Shown one piece after another: positions 38,512 through 52,389 of a DNA stretch of 64,000 nt (position 1 is its first letter; each line of letters begins with the position of its first letter). The stretch covers positions 103,540,001 through 103,604,000 of the forward strand of contig OX597821.1 in assembly GCA_951406725.2 (NCBI GenBank). The letters are read 5' to 3'. The notes under the pieces are model-generated. The model saw only the letters and a list, made by a program, of their open reading frames with translations. It was not told the DNA's origin and did no database searches. A program made the position numbers and the translations under genes. This DNA comes from Octopus vulgaris (lineage: Eukaryota).

Positions 38512-39416
38512 TTACATACATGTATATACGTATTTAGATATAAAAAGATACTTATATATACACATATTTATATAGAAACATACATATATATATATTTATA
38601 TATATATAAACTCAAACATATTTCTTTATACAGACATACCCACACACCCCAATGGTACCCTGCATGTAATCATGAATGTTAAATGTCGATAAGAACTCAT
38701 CTTAAAAACACTGACGTGCAAAGCTATGTCGTTAAGTATCTATTTCAATTATCTATTGATCGATTTTTCAAAAAAAAAAAACCAACAAAAAAAGAAAGAT
38801 CATTCGAATATCTTGTTGTTGATGGTCACGGTGATAATGATGATGTCGACGACGATGAGGATGTCGATGAAGACGATGATGGAGTTGACGATGTGGAGAT
38901 GTTATTAGAATTCATGATTACTTAGTAAACGATGACGAACGTGATGATGATAATGGCAATGGTTCTAATATTGCATCACTTCACAAACGGTACTTCTGTC
39001 CGCCCAATCGAAAAACAAAACGAAATCAAATAACAAAAGAAGACAACAAAACCAAGAAAAGTTTATCTATTACAGATGCTGTATGAGCATTTTACACTTA
39101 TGTAATAATGTGCAGTTTCTATCAATAGATGATGATTAACTTTATTGTGAGAAAACTTAGATTTTCTAGACAGTTTCTTTTCGAAATTCTAACACTTGAA
39201 ACTAAGATTTAATAATAAGAGCAACACCACCGCTAACAACAACAACAATAACAACGATATTAAAAAGAACAGCAACAACAACAACAGTAATACCAGCGAC
39301 AACAAAACCAATCATGTCTTTTATTAGCCACAGGGGTATAAAAGGAATATGATGCGTGGGCGTTTGCACAAAGGATGGAGACAAAGAAATGGCAAAGACG
39401 GTGGTAAGCGATAAAA

Positions 39417-39577
39417 GTAGGCGTGGCTGTGTGGTAAGAAGCTTGCTTCACAACCACATGGTTCCGGGTTCAGTGCCGCTGAGTGGCACGTTGGGCATGT
39501 GTTTTCTACTATAGCCTCGGGTCGACCAAAGCCTTGTGAGTGGATTTCGTAGACGGAAACTGAAAGAATCTCGTTGC

Positions 39578-39578
<1 letters not shown>
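39417..39578 (+). mobile_element. SINE family A, 5' half
   Basis: Near-consensus head ending in (TA)n. Confidence 0.88.
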
Positions 39579-39648
<70 letters not shown>

Positions 39649-39752
39649 ATTATAATAATAATAATACTGCTGCTGCTACTACTACTACTACTGCTGCTGC
39701 TGCTACCACTTCTGCTGCTACTGCCACTACTATTACTACTAATAATAATAAT

Positions 39753-39952
39753 TTATTTCTTTATTGCCCACAGGGGGCTAAACATAGAGGGGACAAAGAC
39801 AATCTGATTAAGTCGATTATATCGACCTCAGCGCTTAACTGGTACTTATTTATCTAATCCCGAAAGGATGAAAGGCAAAGTCGAGCTCGACGGAATTTGA
39901 ACTTAGAACGCAACGGCAGACGAAATACCGCTAAGCATTTCTCCCGGCTGGT
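39753..39952 (-). mobile_element. SINE family B
   Basis: Reverse complement of the family B body and tail. Confidence 0.85.
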
Positions 39953-39954
39953 TA

Positions 39955-39956
39955 AA

Positions 39957-40036
<80 letters not shown>

Positions 40037-40190
40037 TAATAACATCGAAAAATAAGTTAGGGATGAGAACCTAGGTTCGAAATTTCCCCAAAACACCTGA
40101 TGAAGCATGGAGGGTATATCAGCCGAAACGTTATGCTAACAACAAACAAGATGAGGACAAATATCTATCACATATAAATAATATAAATAA
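39955..40190 (+). mobile_element. Headless SINE H: (AAT)n plus tail, hammerhead motif at 40092-40137
   Basis: AACAC-CTGATGA-AGCATGG..CAGCC-GAAAC-GTT; tail colinear with the other H copies. Confidence 0.82.
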
Positions 40191-40449
40191 ATTTATTAAT
40201 CCAATTTAAATTCGAATATTTTTTATCGATTACAATAAGCAAAGATTACAAAAATGTTTTTCAGAAATTGCATAAAAAATCGGATTAGAATAAGTTGCTG
40301 AGAGTTGATCGAAGAAGTTGACTTTCCTCAATCATTTACCTCTTAAACTGCACCACATAAGAATGTTGTTGTCGCCATAGGCCCTAGATAGAGAAACAGC
40401 ACTTGACTCCCCTTGTTAAAGGTTTATGATCGAGCGATCTCCACACTGA

Positions 40450-40783
40450 GACCTCCTTCGATCATGACTGATCATGGGATTGCGCCAAGAAAGTTACCCT
40501 CCCAGGCACATGTCCGGGCAAGGTTGTTTATGGAAGACCAGCAGTCGCCCATGCATACCGGCCTCCCCTCTCCACGCCACCAGTGTTATCCAAGGAAAAG
40601 GCAAAGGCCGATGCAGCTTGGCACCTGTGACGTTGCAACTCATTTCTACAGCTGAGTGAACTGGAGCAACGTGAAATAAAGTGTCTTACTCAAGAGCACA
40701 ACATGCAGCCCGGTCTGGGATTCGAACTCACAACCTCACGATCATAAGCTCGACGCTCTAACCACACAAACGTGCGTCTTCAC
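40450..40783 (-). mobile_element. tRNA-derived SINE family D
   Basis: Minus strand: GTGGTTAGAGCGTCG..GAGTTCGAATCCC..CTCTTGAGTAAGACACTTTATTTCACGTTGCTCCAG. Confidence 0.85.
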
Positions 40784-40999
40784 GATCTCCACGATGGCGT
40801 TGACAAATAACCGAATTCGTCTTACGCGCATCTGTCGCATGCGTGTTACCTTCGACATTCCCACCGAGTGGCATTTCCATACCTGTAAAATTTACGTCGA
40901 TCAGGTAGTGTTCGAGCAGACACTAAAGCCACACCAACGAGTACTGCGATATTGGATTTGAAAAAAATTATATTGTGCGCTGGGAAAAAAGAATTCTAT

Positions 41000-41797
41000 C
41001 TGCTGCTAGAAAAATCCAAAAACTTACTGAAACGGTAAGAAAATTCAAGAACAGGAAAGAAGATTGACAAGACAAATTTGCTGGAAGAGAAAAAATTACA
41101 TGACCAATCCACGCAATAAATCAGGGATGTTGGCGGTAAGGAATGCTGGCTGTGACTGACAAATGGAAACGTGAAACGAGAAAATGAATCGTTAATTACA
41201 ACCGTTGCAGAACAGGCCATTAAAACTACCGATACAACTCAGTTACAGAACAAACGTAGCATCTGTGGAAAACGAAATGAAAGTATTAGGCGCCTCTTAA
41301 GTGAATGTTGTAAACTAGCCGAAAAAGTGTGTAAGAGCAAGTATGACCGTGTCCGTAAAAAAAAGTGCATTGAGATTGTTAGTCGAGTATGTGGTACCAA
41401 AGTGACAGAAAAGTGGTATGAACAGGGGCCAGGGGCTGTGCTGGTGAATAATTATTACAGAATTTTATATGATTTCTTCATAAAGACTGACCATGCTATT
41501 GAAGTGAGGAGGCCAAATATAATTATAGAGGACGAAAAAAGGAACTGTGAGTGATCACAGACTTTACTATATAATACGATAATAGACTGGTTACTAAAGA
41601 TATTGAGAAGCATCAAGAGCTAGCCTGAGAGATAAAGACACTCTGGAAGACTAAAAGGACATCCATTGCTGGGTAATTGGTGTACTTGTCACAACACCCA
41701 AACTGTTATTCAAGAGGCTGAATTGATATTGGAATCGAGACTAGAATTGTCAATTGCAGAGAAGTGTAATCCTGTATTCCGCTAGAATCTTAAGGGT
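41000..41797 (+). pseudogene. Decayed C-terminus of an RLE-type (R4/Dong-like) non-LTR retrotransposon ORF
   Basis: Translates, with stops and frameshifts, as EKKLHDQ..GKECWL*LTNGNVKRENESLI..EQAIKT..(C)SICGKRNESIRRLLSECCKLA..KYD..EKWYEQGP..ILYDFFIKTDHAIEVRRPNIII..VITDFTI*YD..EKHQELA*EIKTLWK..VIGVL..LQRSVILYSARILR: zinc knuckle, RHD-like and PD-(D/E)xK motifs. Confidence 0.88.
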
Positions 41798-42070
41798 GTA
41801 TTGTTTTCGCTTCTCGGTATATTCCCTCATTCCCGATCATCAAAACCAGGTAAACGCAACCGTTCATTTTGCTTTATCCCTTGAACAAGATGTACTCACA
41901 TACGTTGGCCAGAATCTTCTTCATTTCCCTCTTAGAAGACATACAAAACTTCCCCCGTTTGCGTCGAGACAGATGTATGACAATTTTTCCCTTCTCACCC
42001 TGGGACAAATACAGGGTCTGTCATGACTCAAATCTGATAAATAGACTGAACCAGGTTTATATCAAAAGTA

Positions 42071-42241
42071 GGCGTAGGAGTGGCTGTGTGGTAAGTAGCT
42101 TGCTTACCAACCACATGGTTCCGGGTTCATTCCCACTACGTGGCACCTTGAGCAAGTGTATTCTACTATAGCCTCGGGACGAGCAAAGCCTTGTGAGTGG
42201 ATTTGGTAGACGGAAACTGAAAGAAGCCCATCATTCATACG

Positions 42242-42278
<37 letters not shown>

Positions 42279-42472
42279 CTGTGTTTGTTCTCCCAACCTC
42301 GCTTGACAACCGATGGTGGTGTGTTTACGTCTCCGTAACTTAGCGGTTCGGCAAAAGAGACCAATATAATAAGTACTAGGCTTACAAAGAATAAGTTCTG
42401 GAGTCGATCTGCTCGACTAAAAGCGGTGCTCCAGCATGGCCGCAGTCAAATGACTGAAACAAGTAAAAGAAA
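42071..42472 (+). mobile_element. SINE family A, full length, near consensus
   Basis: Complete head, internal microsatellite and tail. Confidence 0.93.
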
Positions 42473-42997
42473 ATAGTATTAGATTCAAAATTTGCAACGC
42501 CCTATATTATTGTTTTTGCCGTTATTGTTAAACACACCACAACCGCTCTCACATATATCACCCAGAAACTGTATTATTTTAATATTGAAACATTAATGCT
42601 TTAGTTTTCAATATTTTCTTCATGTTTTCATTATGCATTTTATGGTTAGCTCTTAGTATTTCCAACATTAAGAGGACATTCATACCAAAAATCTTTCACG
42701 AATGTGATCTAATACAAAATGTATTTATGTCAAATTTGCGCAATGGAGGCTAAGTAAAATTATCACCTGAGCAACCTTCTTGTTTTTAAATCCAATATTT
42801 ACATGTTATTATTTATAGCTTTATCTATTTCGAGCTCACCACCAAAAGCAAATTATATCACCTATATTTTTCGTAATCTTGAACAAATTGGTACATACAG
42901 AAAAATGACATCCAATTTCGAAGAGAAAATATCGTCAAAAAAAAAAAAAAAAATTCTGAAGCGATAACATGGTGAAGAATGCCGCATCAAGGTAAAA

Positions 42998-43063
<66 letters not shown>

Positions 43064-43073
43064 TAATAATGAC

Positions 43074-43133
<60 letters not shown>

Positions 43134-43146
43134 AATGATGATGATA
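42998..43146. repeat. Compound (TAA)n-(TGA)n microsatellite
   Basis: Read directly. Confidence 0.96.
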
Positions 43147-44361
43147 GCTACGTGTACTCTTTCACCCTGAAATTATACACTACTAGAGAGGCCATCACAT
43201 GTGAATTATTACACAATTGCATAAAAGCATTTCACTATCGCTGAGAAAATTTGCCAATGAAGATAAAACTATTTACCTAAGTAATTGCCGTATTATGACA
43301 CGCTGTCTATTGACAGAGAGCGGGAGAGAGAAAGAGAAAGAGAGAGAGAAAGAGAAAGAGATAGAAAGAAATATAGAGACGGATAGATAAAGAGAGAGAG
43401 AGAGAGAGAGATAGGGATTTATAAGGAGAGGGAGAGAGAGAGAGAGAGAAGAGAGAAAGAGAAAATATCCCCGGAGAGACTGCATTCATAAACCCAAGTA
43501 AAAGAAAAATAAATACCAAAAATAAATAAATATAAATAAATGGAAAAGATGGAAAGAAAGTAGAAATTTGCCAGCATGAATGAAAAAGAAACCAATAACA
43601 ACAACAACAGCAACATCAACAACAACAACAACACCAATAATGATAATAATAATAAATAATAATAACAGAAGGAGAAGCAACTGGAAACCAGCATATAAAA
43701 CAACGCAAAGCTGTTCTCTTGGAGTCTAAAAGCTATATACTTCATGACAGTTATGACGTTGTATTTTTATTCCTCGAGTAATTTTTTATCAATTTTCGAT
43801 AAATCTTTGACATTTATATTACGAATGTATCGATAAAGCTCCAGAAAAACCCTACACACACACACATACACACACACAGATACACACACGCACACGCAAA
43901 GCACGCGTTTCAATCAATGCCATAGTTTTTCTCTTTTTGTTTTTGTTCTGTCTTTATGGAAATGGCTACGAGTATTGTGAGCCATCAGTTCAGGTCATTC
44001 ATTCAATCATATTTCTCATCCTTCGTTGTGTATTTTTTGTTATCTTATTCTGTTCCTTCTTATATTTTCCACCATTTTTTTCCTTTCACCCTATTTTTCT
44101 TTCCAATCTCAACCCATCATCTCCTCTAAATCTCGCCCTCTATATTTTTCTTTGTCCTTATTTAGGTATTCATTTTTGTGTCTTTCCTTTAAGCTCATCA
44201 CATGTCTTTAAATATATCCCTGTGTATTTAACTATATATTTTTTAAAATATTTTCCTTTCGTTTATTTTGATCAATCTCTGATCATCTCCCACCTACACA
44301 CGTTTAGTTTTTAATCTTCAGTCATACTTCATTTCCATATTTACACACACACATACATACA

Positions 44362-44427
<66 letters not shown>

Positions 44428-44441
44428 TACATCTCTCTCTC

Positions 44442-44474
<33 letters not shown>

Positions 44475-44788
44475 AAATTTAAAATAATAAGGGTGAAAAA
44501 TCGAATTGTATTTGGTAGAACTGTATACATGTTCAATCTCATGCGGACGCCTCGTGTATAGTTTCTGCAAATTATATTTGCAAAGAGGATCACATTGATA
44601 AGTTGCGGACAATTACGTAAATGATTACGTAAGCGATAACAACGAAACCTGGTTTGTATCCTTTCATTTGTCTTGCTCGCTTACATTCTGGCGTTTGCTA
44701 AATTTTCTTGAGAACATTCCTTTCTTAGTGGTAAGACCGTAGTGGATCTTCTTGTAGCATAATGGATGTTCAATTACAGGTCATCCCT

Positions 44789-44870
<82 letters not shown>

Positions 44871-44871
<1 letters not shown>

Positions 44872-45312
44872 GTAGGAATGAATTCCAACTGCGTTTCGTG
44901 GTTTGCTACTTCAACAGCTCCTTTATAGGATCCAGTGGCGGAAGACATCATTAGAAGGAACCACGTCCGGTTTTGGCCCCTACTCCTCTACCGTTTTCGG
45001 TGTGGCGGGGATGCCACCTCTCGCAGGTGTCTTCAGCTCTGGTGTTGAGTGCATTTCTTCTTTCTTTTTTCTTTCTGTTCCCTGGCCTCTTCGATGCAGC
45101 GTCAACGAGTGTCAGCGGGAAGGACGTGTAATGTTAGTTATGGGATATTCTGTTAAGAACGTAATAGACAACAGTAAAAAGCTCGTCCACCTTCAGATTT
45201 CACTCTGTTCTCTCCAGTCGTAGTGTTGTACGTACTTTCCAGGGTTGCGTTTGATCCTGAACAACTCCGCTGCGTAGAAACTGTTGTAGTGATTGAAAAT
45301 AAATGTCCAACA
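44871..45312 (+). mobile_element. Possible solo LTR
   Basis: About 440-bp GC-richer block starting TGTAGGA and ending TCCAACA, AATAAA at 45298; no clean TSD. Confidence 0.4.
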
Positions 45313-45442
45313 ATATTCCTTCTTGTTAACTTGAAGTTTTTCAATTATATATTTTTTTAATTATAATTGTTTTCTTATCATGCCTGTATTAATTTTATGA
45401 ATATTCTATTTTTAGGGATACAGGTACTCATGTAGTACCCTT

Positions 45443-45476
<34 letters not shown>

Positions 45477-45889
45477 TATTTTGGGCTGTACGGCTTGTAG
45501 TACAGCGATGGTATTTTTAATAGTACTATCGCTCTCAATTATTTATAAATAATTTTACGTATTTCGTTTGTTTAAGTGGTGTTTGACCACTTCAAACGAA
45601 TTTTCTGGCATGGTGGGGGCGAATTTTACTAGTCTTTGGGTGGTAGATTTGGCTGAAGAGAATCATGCACCGTTTGATGTTAAATTTGGAATCATAATAT
45701 CAAATTAACCAGTATTAATTTTGCTGACCTAGCAGAGGTAAGACGATATTATTTTTCACTGATAATTTTTACTATCACGCCTGTATGTTTTTTTGTGTGA
45801 CTATTCTATGGCATAGACGTATTTTGACTGCTATTTTTAGTGCTACACGTGCTCATGTAGTACCCTTATATATATATATACTCCCCATG

Positions 45890-46070
45890 TTAGATTTCTA
45901 GCCACTAAACCTTTTTCTATTTTCTCACCCTGTTTATTTATGTGTTCCTTTCTGTCGAAAAGTGTAGGCTCGAAACGTAAGAGACTTTCTTACTTCCCGA
46001 GAATTAAACTAATACATCTGTTTGTTGTTGACACTCCCGTCTTTGTCTTTTTTTTGTAAATTCTCACTAT
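45890..46070 (+). mobile_element. (TA)n-embedded element family TA-1, hammerhead-like motif at 45947-45984
   Basis: Homologous to 49030-49172 and 63525-63706; CCTTT-CTGTCGA..GGCTC-GAAAC-GTA. Confidence 0.78.
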
Positions 46071-46099
46071 ATATATATATCTATATATATATATTTATA

Positions 46100-46187
<88 letters not shown>

Positions 46188-46190
<3 letters not shown>

Positions 46191-46524
46191 GTACTCTGTC
46201 GGTTATGACGGCGAGGGTACCAGCTGATACTATCAACGGAACAGTTTGCTCTGAAATTGACGCGCAAATGACTGAGCACTCCACAGACACGTTTAGCCTT
46301 AACGTAACTATGAGAGAGATTCAGCGTGACACAGTGTGTGACAAGGCTGACCGTTTCAAATACAGGTACAACAGAAACAAGAAGAAAGATTGAAAGAAAT
46401 TGTGTTGAAAAAGTAGAGCAGAGTTCGCCCCCCCTGCTAGAGTTCGTGGAGCCCTACTGGGAATGGAAAATGTGATCCTACGGCAGCGAGCCCGCTTCCC
46501 TAACCACTAGGCCCTTGCGTCTCC
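46188..46524 (-). mobile_element. SINE family F, degenerate
   Basis: Colinear with 56090-56470. Confidence 0.8.
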
Positions 46525-46536
46525 AATATATGTATA

Positions 46537-46594
<58 letters not shown>

Positions 46595-48017
46595 ATCTCA
46601 TACACACACACACACACATAGAATGCATTTTTTTCATTGATTCTAGTAATAACGGGGCAGTGCACACACACAAATATATATTCATCCGGTCTTCAGCCCT
46701 TTTCTAAACACTTTTATTAATTCCTCTTTCCGTCTTTACTAAGCTCTTGGGATAACATTTATGGATTTAAAATTTCTGAAAATACAATGGAAAATATTGT
46801 CAATTGATCGCGATGAAAATTAAATCTTTTAAAATATCTACACTAATGCATGCATTAATCCTATTCTATAGCAGTAATGCAGAAGTTACAAAAATGAAAC
46901 TTCACTTTGAGAAAATTTGAATATATTTTCTTTCTTAGCATTACAATGAATAAGAAAATTTCAACTTATTACTTCAATAACCAAAACTTGCAATTTATGT
47001 TAATGAAGAACGCTCTCAGCCTTGAGAGTAATTTTTACGCTCAGGCTTGAGAGTAAGTCTTCGTTAACATGAATTACAAATTTTAATACAAATTGCAATA
47101 AAAGATAACTTTTGTATAAATTATACACTCAAAGTAAACTGAAAATTATATATATATATATATAGATATATAGATATGCACTCATATATACCTACATACA
47201 TATGTAGGTATATAAATGTATACATACATGCATAAATGTATACGTACATAAATACACACACACACTCAGAGATAAAATGCGGTGCTGCAGCATGGCCGCA
47301 GTCAAATGACTGAAACAAGTAAGAGAGTAAAAGCGTGTGTTTCAATGTTAAATGCAGCTCACTTGAATGCCCTCACGGTAAATATCAGTTAGGGACCAAC
47401 ATTTTATAACAAACCTTCAACATTAATACATAAACAAACCTGTTTTTTCATTTCGTTCCTTAATTTATCTTTGAAGTTAATCTTTAAAAGATGTTAAAAC
47501 GTTGTATACTGCTCAGCTGAGCCGCAAAATATTTGATTCTTTCAAGTCAATCAAATCACTTTGTTCCTATGTGACATACATACCATGCAGAAAACATCTG
47601 CGGTTTCTATCTAATTCCAATCGTTTAAATCTGGAAGCAAATTTCAGTTTCTCCAAAATATAATACAGCTTTCGGAAGGCACTCAACGCAAGCGTACATT
47701 TCAGTTTAAATCATCATCATTTTCAATGCGACAAATAAATACGTAAACCGTGTAGCCATTTTAAATATTATTCTTCCCATGTATTTAAGAGATTTTAAGT
47801 CTGTGTAGCGTGGTGTGGTTTTTATGTATGTGTACACGTCTTCCAACTGACATAGGAATATTTCTCAGGGGTGCCTTCTGCAAAACAATTACGTGCACTT
47901 AAGTATTTTAATACTACAGTTTTGTTCAGTTCCTCAATATAATTTACCATCCTATGCAGGCTCTGTCTCCAATCGTCTCTTTTTCTCCCTCTCGCTCTCC
48001 CTGTGTGCACACACGCC

Positions 48018-48088
<71 letters not shown>

Positions 48089-48553
48089 ACACACACACAC
48101 ATACAAAACACACAAAACACACGCAATCCGCGCAGAAGCACAAGTACATTCAAACTTACGCATCACACTTCTCGGCCGATGTTTCTCACCTGTCGCTTAC
48201 AAATATCTTTATAAACTCTTTCATTTTCTCACCCCGTTTTTAATCATTTCTCTCTCTCACACTCTCCCTCTATATCTCCCTTTCTCACTCACTCACTTTC
48301 TTCCTATGTTGTCTGTCTCTAAGCCAGTCTGTTTATTCCACACCCTCCCACCTCTCTCTCTCTCGGTCTCTCTCTCTCTTAATCTCTATTCATTTTCGTC
48401 CTCTCCTCCTTTTTCATTCACAACTGACTGCAATAACAGCAAAAGCCCTTTTTACAGTGGCCTTAGTTGCTACGCCTCTCACCACAGTCTGTGTTATGAG
48501 AATGGGAGGAGAAACGGGGAGTGGGAAATAACACACAAAAGTAACACAAACAA

Positions 48554-48615
<62 letters not shown>

Positions 48616-48933
48616 ACAAATATGACAGGCGGGGAAGAAGAAAAAAAAATACGGTCAACATGGCCTTGTGAATGTCATGCTGGATTGCCAGAATTAAAGT
48701 GAGCCAGTTGTTTAGCTTTCAGCCTTGCCTCAGCACATTTATAACACGGATATAGATGAGTGAACGATAGCCAAAACGAACGGACGAGAGCGAGATCAAC
48801 GCTGATAGGTGATCTGCTAGAATTAAAAGAAATAAATTTTCGTTCGAATTAACTCATAGTTTCACTGTACTTAGCGGATGCTAGCTACAAGAATCGATTC
48901 TGATCATAGCCGCAGTCTAATAATTGAAACTAG

Positions 48934-48983
<50 letters not shown>

Positions 48984-49029
48984 TCAATTTGTATATATAT
49001 ATATATACATATTTATATATGCATACATA

Positions 49030-49169
49030 TATAGCGAGAATTTACAAAAAAAACAAATGATGAAGACGGGTGTGTAAACAGCAAACAAATGTATTAGTTT
49101 AACTCTCGGGAAATAAGAAAGCCTTTTACGTTTCGAGCCTACGCTCTTCGACGGAAAGGAACACATACA

Positions 49170-49172
<3 letters not shown>
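49030..49172 (-). mobile_element. Family TA-1 copy, hammerhead-like motif at 49122-49159
   Basis: CCUUU-CCGUCGA-A-GAGC(GUAG)GCUC-GAAAC-GUA^AAAGG; perfect stem I and stem II. Confidence 0.78.
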
Positions 49173-49208
<36 letters not shown>

Positions 49209-49239
49209 TTGCATGCATAAGTATATATATATATGCATA

Positions 49240-49630
49240 TATGGGTACAGGACGTCACAAGACGTAAACAACATGAAATACGAGGGCAAGCTTTTTTATG
49301 TGAACAACGAGAGAAAGAAATAGAAAACATGACAAGTGGCAGAAAGAACGACCCTTCTTCAGTGGTCGGCTGTTCATCTACTCCACATTTCGAGCAATTA
49401 ACGATAATATGATGCTTCGAAAAACAGTTGCTCCCGCGAATCAAAATAAAATTTGAGATTTGCGGAGGGTTAAAGTTGGTAACAAAATCTGGACAGTGGA
49501 GACATACAGATACCGAACGAAAACAAACGTGGTGGGCCGTTAGACCAGACGAGGTTAGGTAGAGCGAATGCTGGAGGAATATTCTTTGACAAGAGAAAAG
49601 ATAATCAAAGACCGAACATTCTCCTCTTTG
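49240..49630 (-). mobile_element. (TA)n-adjacent Penelope-terminus-like element
   Basis: Abuts a TA tract; minus strand has GCTCGAAATGT and CTGAAGAAGGG boxes followed by a T-rich tail, as in the other TA families; single copy here. Confidence 0.4.
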
Positions 49631-49674
49631 TTCGTGTATTATCATAATAGATTTTTCGATAAAGAAAAAAGTTC

Positions 49675-50252
49675 AAAGTTTAAAATCTGATGCTATGCCG
49701 TTATCCGTATTAAGAAAAGCAAGATTTGGATTTTAAACTGTAAAATCTGAGAGAATTCCTTCTCTGAAACAGAGTGACCATAATACACTTCTGTTAAACT
49801 TAATAAAATTTCATCATGACGCTCATATATAGATAGATTTTTCAGTATTGCTTTTAATCGGTAGGAAGGAGTAAAAGTGACTCAAGGGCCAAGAGTTTCG
49901 TACATGGCACTTTGCAAACTGACTGATTGATATGTGCTATGTACGAAACTGTCGGACCTTGTGTTACTTTTGACATTTTCTACCAGATGTGTGTGTGTGT
50001 GTGTGTGCGTCCGTATGTAAGTGTGTTTATGAATATAGATGTAGAGTTAAGCGTGGAATAGAGAGAAAGATCAACTTCTGTCCTTTTCTCATGGCCTGAG
50101 GAAATAATGATTAGATTGACAAGAAATGTTGTGTAATCCATTTGTTTGGCATTTGCTCTTCAATAAGGCAAGGAGCAAAACAGGAATATGCTGAACTGAA
50201 GTCATGGAGCTATTAGTGTGCTCGAATACATACATACATACACACATATGTA

Positions 50253-50300
<48 letters not shown>

Positions 50301-50820
50301 TCAATATAAAATAGTGTACATTTAAACACAAAGCGAAACTGCCTTCAACAAGCAGTTTTACACGCTAGAAGAAGTAGTCAAAACGACCAAAACCAATTTT
50401 AAGAGCAATCTTCAAAAGGAATGAAAAATAAAAAAAATTTACTTTGTTATTTTATTCCGGTCGGACCTAGGTTTCAAAAATATTTTTTTGGCAAGTAAAA
50501 TAATTTGCTAGGCGAATTTTTCATCAGTGACCGCGCCATAATACTAACATATTAGATTGGAAAGAAGTGTATTATGGTTACTCTGTTTCAGAGAAAACAT
50601 TCTCTCAGATTTTACAGTTTAAGATCTAAATCTTGTTTTTCTTAATACGGATAACGGTATAGCATCAAATTTTAAACTGCCAACTGAAACTACGCTTGCG
50701 CGGTGAATTATTATGTAAAACGATGAGACACGTGTAATTCGTCTAATAATTATATGTTAGTGTTATGGCGCGGTCACTGTTGAAAAATTCACCTAGCAAA
50801 ATATTTTATTTGCTAAAAAT
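49675..50820. repeat. Interleaved inverted repeats: A 49675-49792 / A' 50563-50678; B 50483-50556 / B' 50753-50820
   Basis: Both pairs read as reverse complements with few mismatches. Confidence 0.88.
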
Positions 50821-52389
50821 CTTTTGTCTTGTTCCCAAAGCATCAAGTGCCGAAAATGAACTTTCTTATCTTCCATTTTAAAAGGTTACAAAATTAACAC
50901 AGGTTAAAGGAACATAAACCTTCTTCCACGAAAAGATAGCTTAAAGTGTGCTCTAAATGGGGGTGTAGTCAAATCCTATTTTATGGACTCCACCATGTTC
51001 TAAAATAACTCGAAAGGTAAGCTACTATAAATCGGCACGAACTTTCCGGACAACCCTATATATATATATCAAAGTATGTCTTCCATACACGCACTTATAT
51101 ACATACATGAATACTAAATATACATCATGGACAAGCAGGAACATGTATATGGTTCACAATGTGCTAGAAATAGATGCTTGCAAGGCAGAACTCCTCAAAA
51201 ATCTCGATGTGATGGTAAAAACAAATATAATCAAATGTAGTTTAAAGTATAAACGAAAACTACATGAAAAATGAAGAGATGTGTAACAATATAAATTCTG
51301 TTCAGGAAATAAATGTCTAGTGCCAAGACATACCTTACTAGTTCTACCAAGAATGTAATTTGTAGTTTTTACATATTTTCTCTTATCAAGGAAGCCAATA
51401 TTGTATGGATTTTTTCGTAGTTTTCTTCTTGAAAGAAATCGTCAAAAGAAATCAGTTATGATTCTACAGGAAAAGTAGGTTCTGCTGTTGATAATATAAA
51501 TGTCTCTCAACGTAAAAACAAGTTCTCATATAAATTCTCACTGCACATAGCTATGATTAACCAACAAAGAAACATGTACGTCGTTGAGCGACGTGCTAAA
51601 AATAGCAGCCAAATACACTTAAATCAAATACTACCATCTTGGATTAGAAAAAGGATTGATGTTATAATGTATTCCTACATATTCTTTAAAAATGACGGCT
51701 CGAATGCCTTTCATCACAGTTTACTGAACTACGTTTGATCTGAGAGTTAAGCAAAGGCAACAGTACCAAAAACGTCACTAACATTAACACCAACATCTGT
51801 AATATTTGCAGAAAGCATATGTCAGAAATTTTTATGGTTGACCCAACAAACAGTTTCATGAGTGAGAGATACGTTTTAACATTTTTATATGTGCAGTGAT
51901 AAACTTGAAAATATCGTTCGGTGTGAAACAAAAAAATCCTTTCATTTTATTTTACTATGAGATATAGAAGATTTAAAACTCCCATAACGTTTGTAAACTG
52001 AGATCAATACGGTTGATGTTACATTTAAACCTCAGAAAGTTGATAACCGTAACACTTTTGGCAAGGGTAGATTCTGAAAGATTGTCGATCTGGGAATGAA
52101 TGAATTGGCAAAATGTTTATAACAGGATCTGACAAATACTTAAAAAGAACAGGTTAATCGCTCAGTCTTGTTGTTGCTATTCAGCCTTCTCTCTTTCTTT
52201 TCTTTTCTCACTTGCAGTATATCTATAACTGTGTATTACCATTTTTAAAGCAATAAATACAATGAGATGCAGACTGATTTTGTTCACTATATATATCACA
52301 GGTTGAAAAACGATCTAGATTTTGCGATTTCTCTGTATTTTGGGTGGACGCCGAATCTAGATAAGGGTGTCTATGAGTATTTCAAAGAT

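Noticed and set aside
38683-38925. ORF with an acidic D-rich tract
   Set aside because: Degenerate (GAT/GAC)n microsatellite; the rest of the ORF is low-complexity A-rich sequence.
51030-51060. Mariner-like TIR end (GAACTTTCCGGACAACCC-TA); similar single end at about 58165-58185
   Set aside because: No partner TIR located, so an element cannot be delimited.
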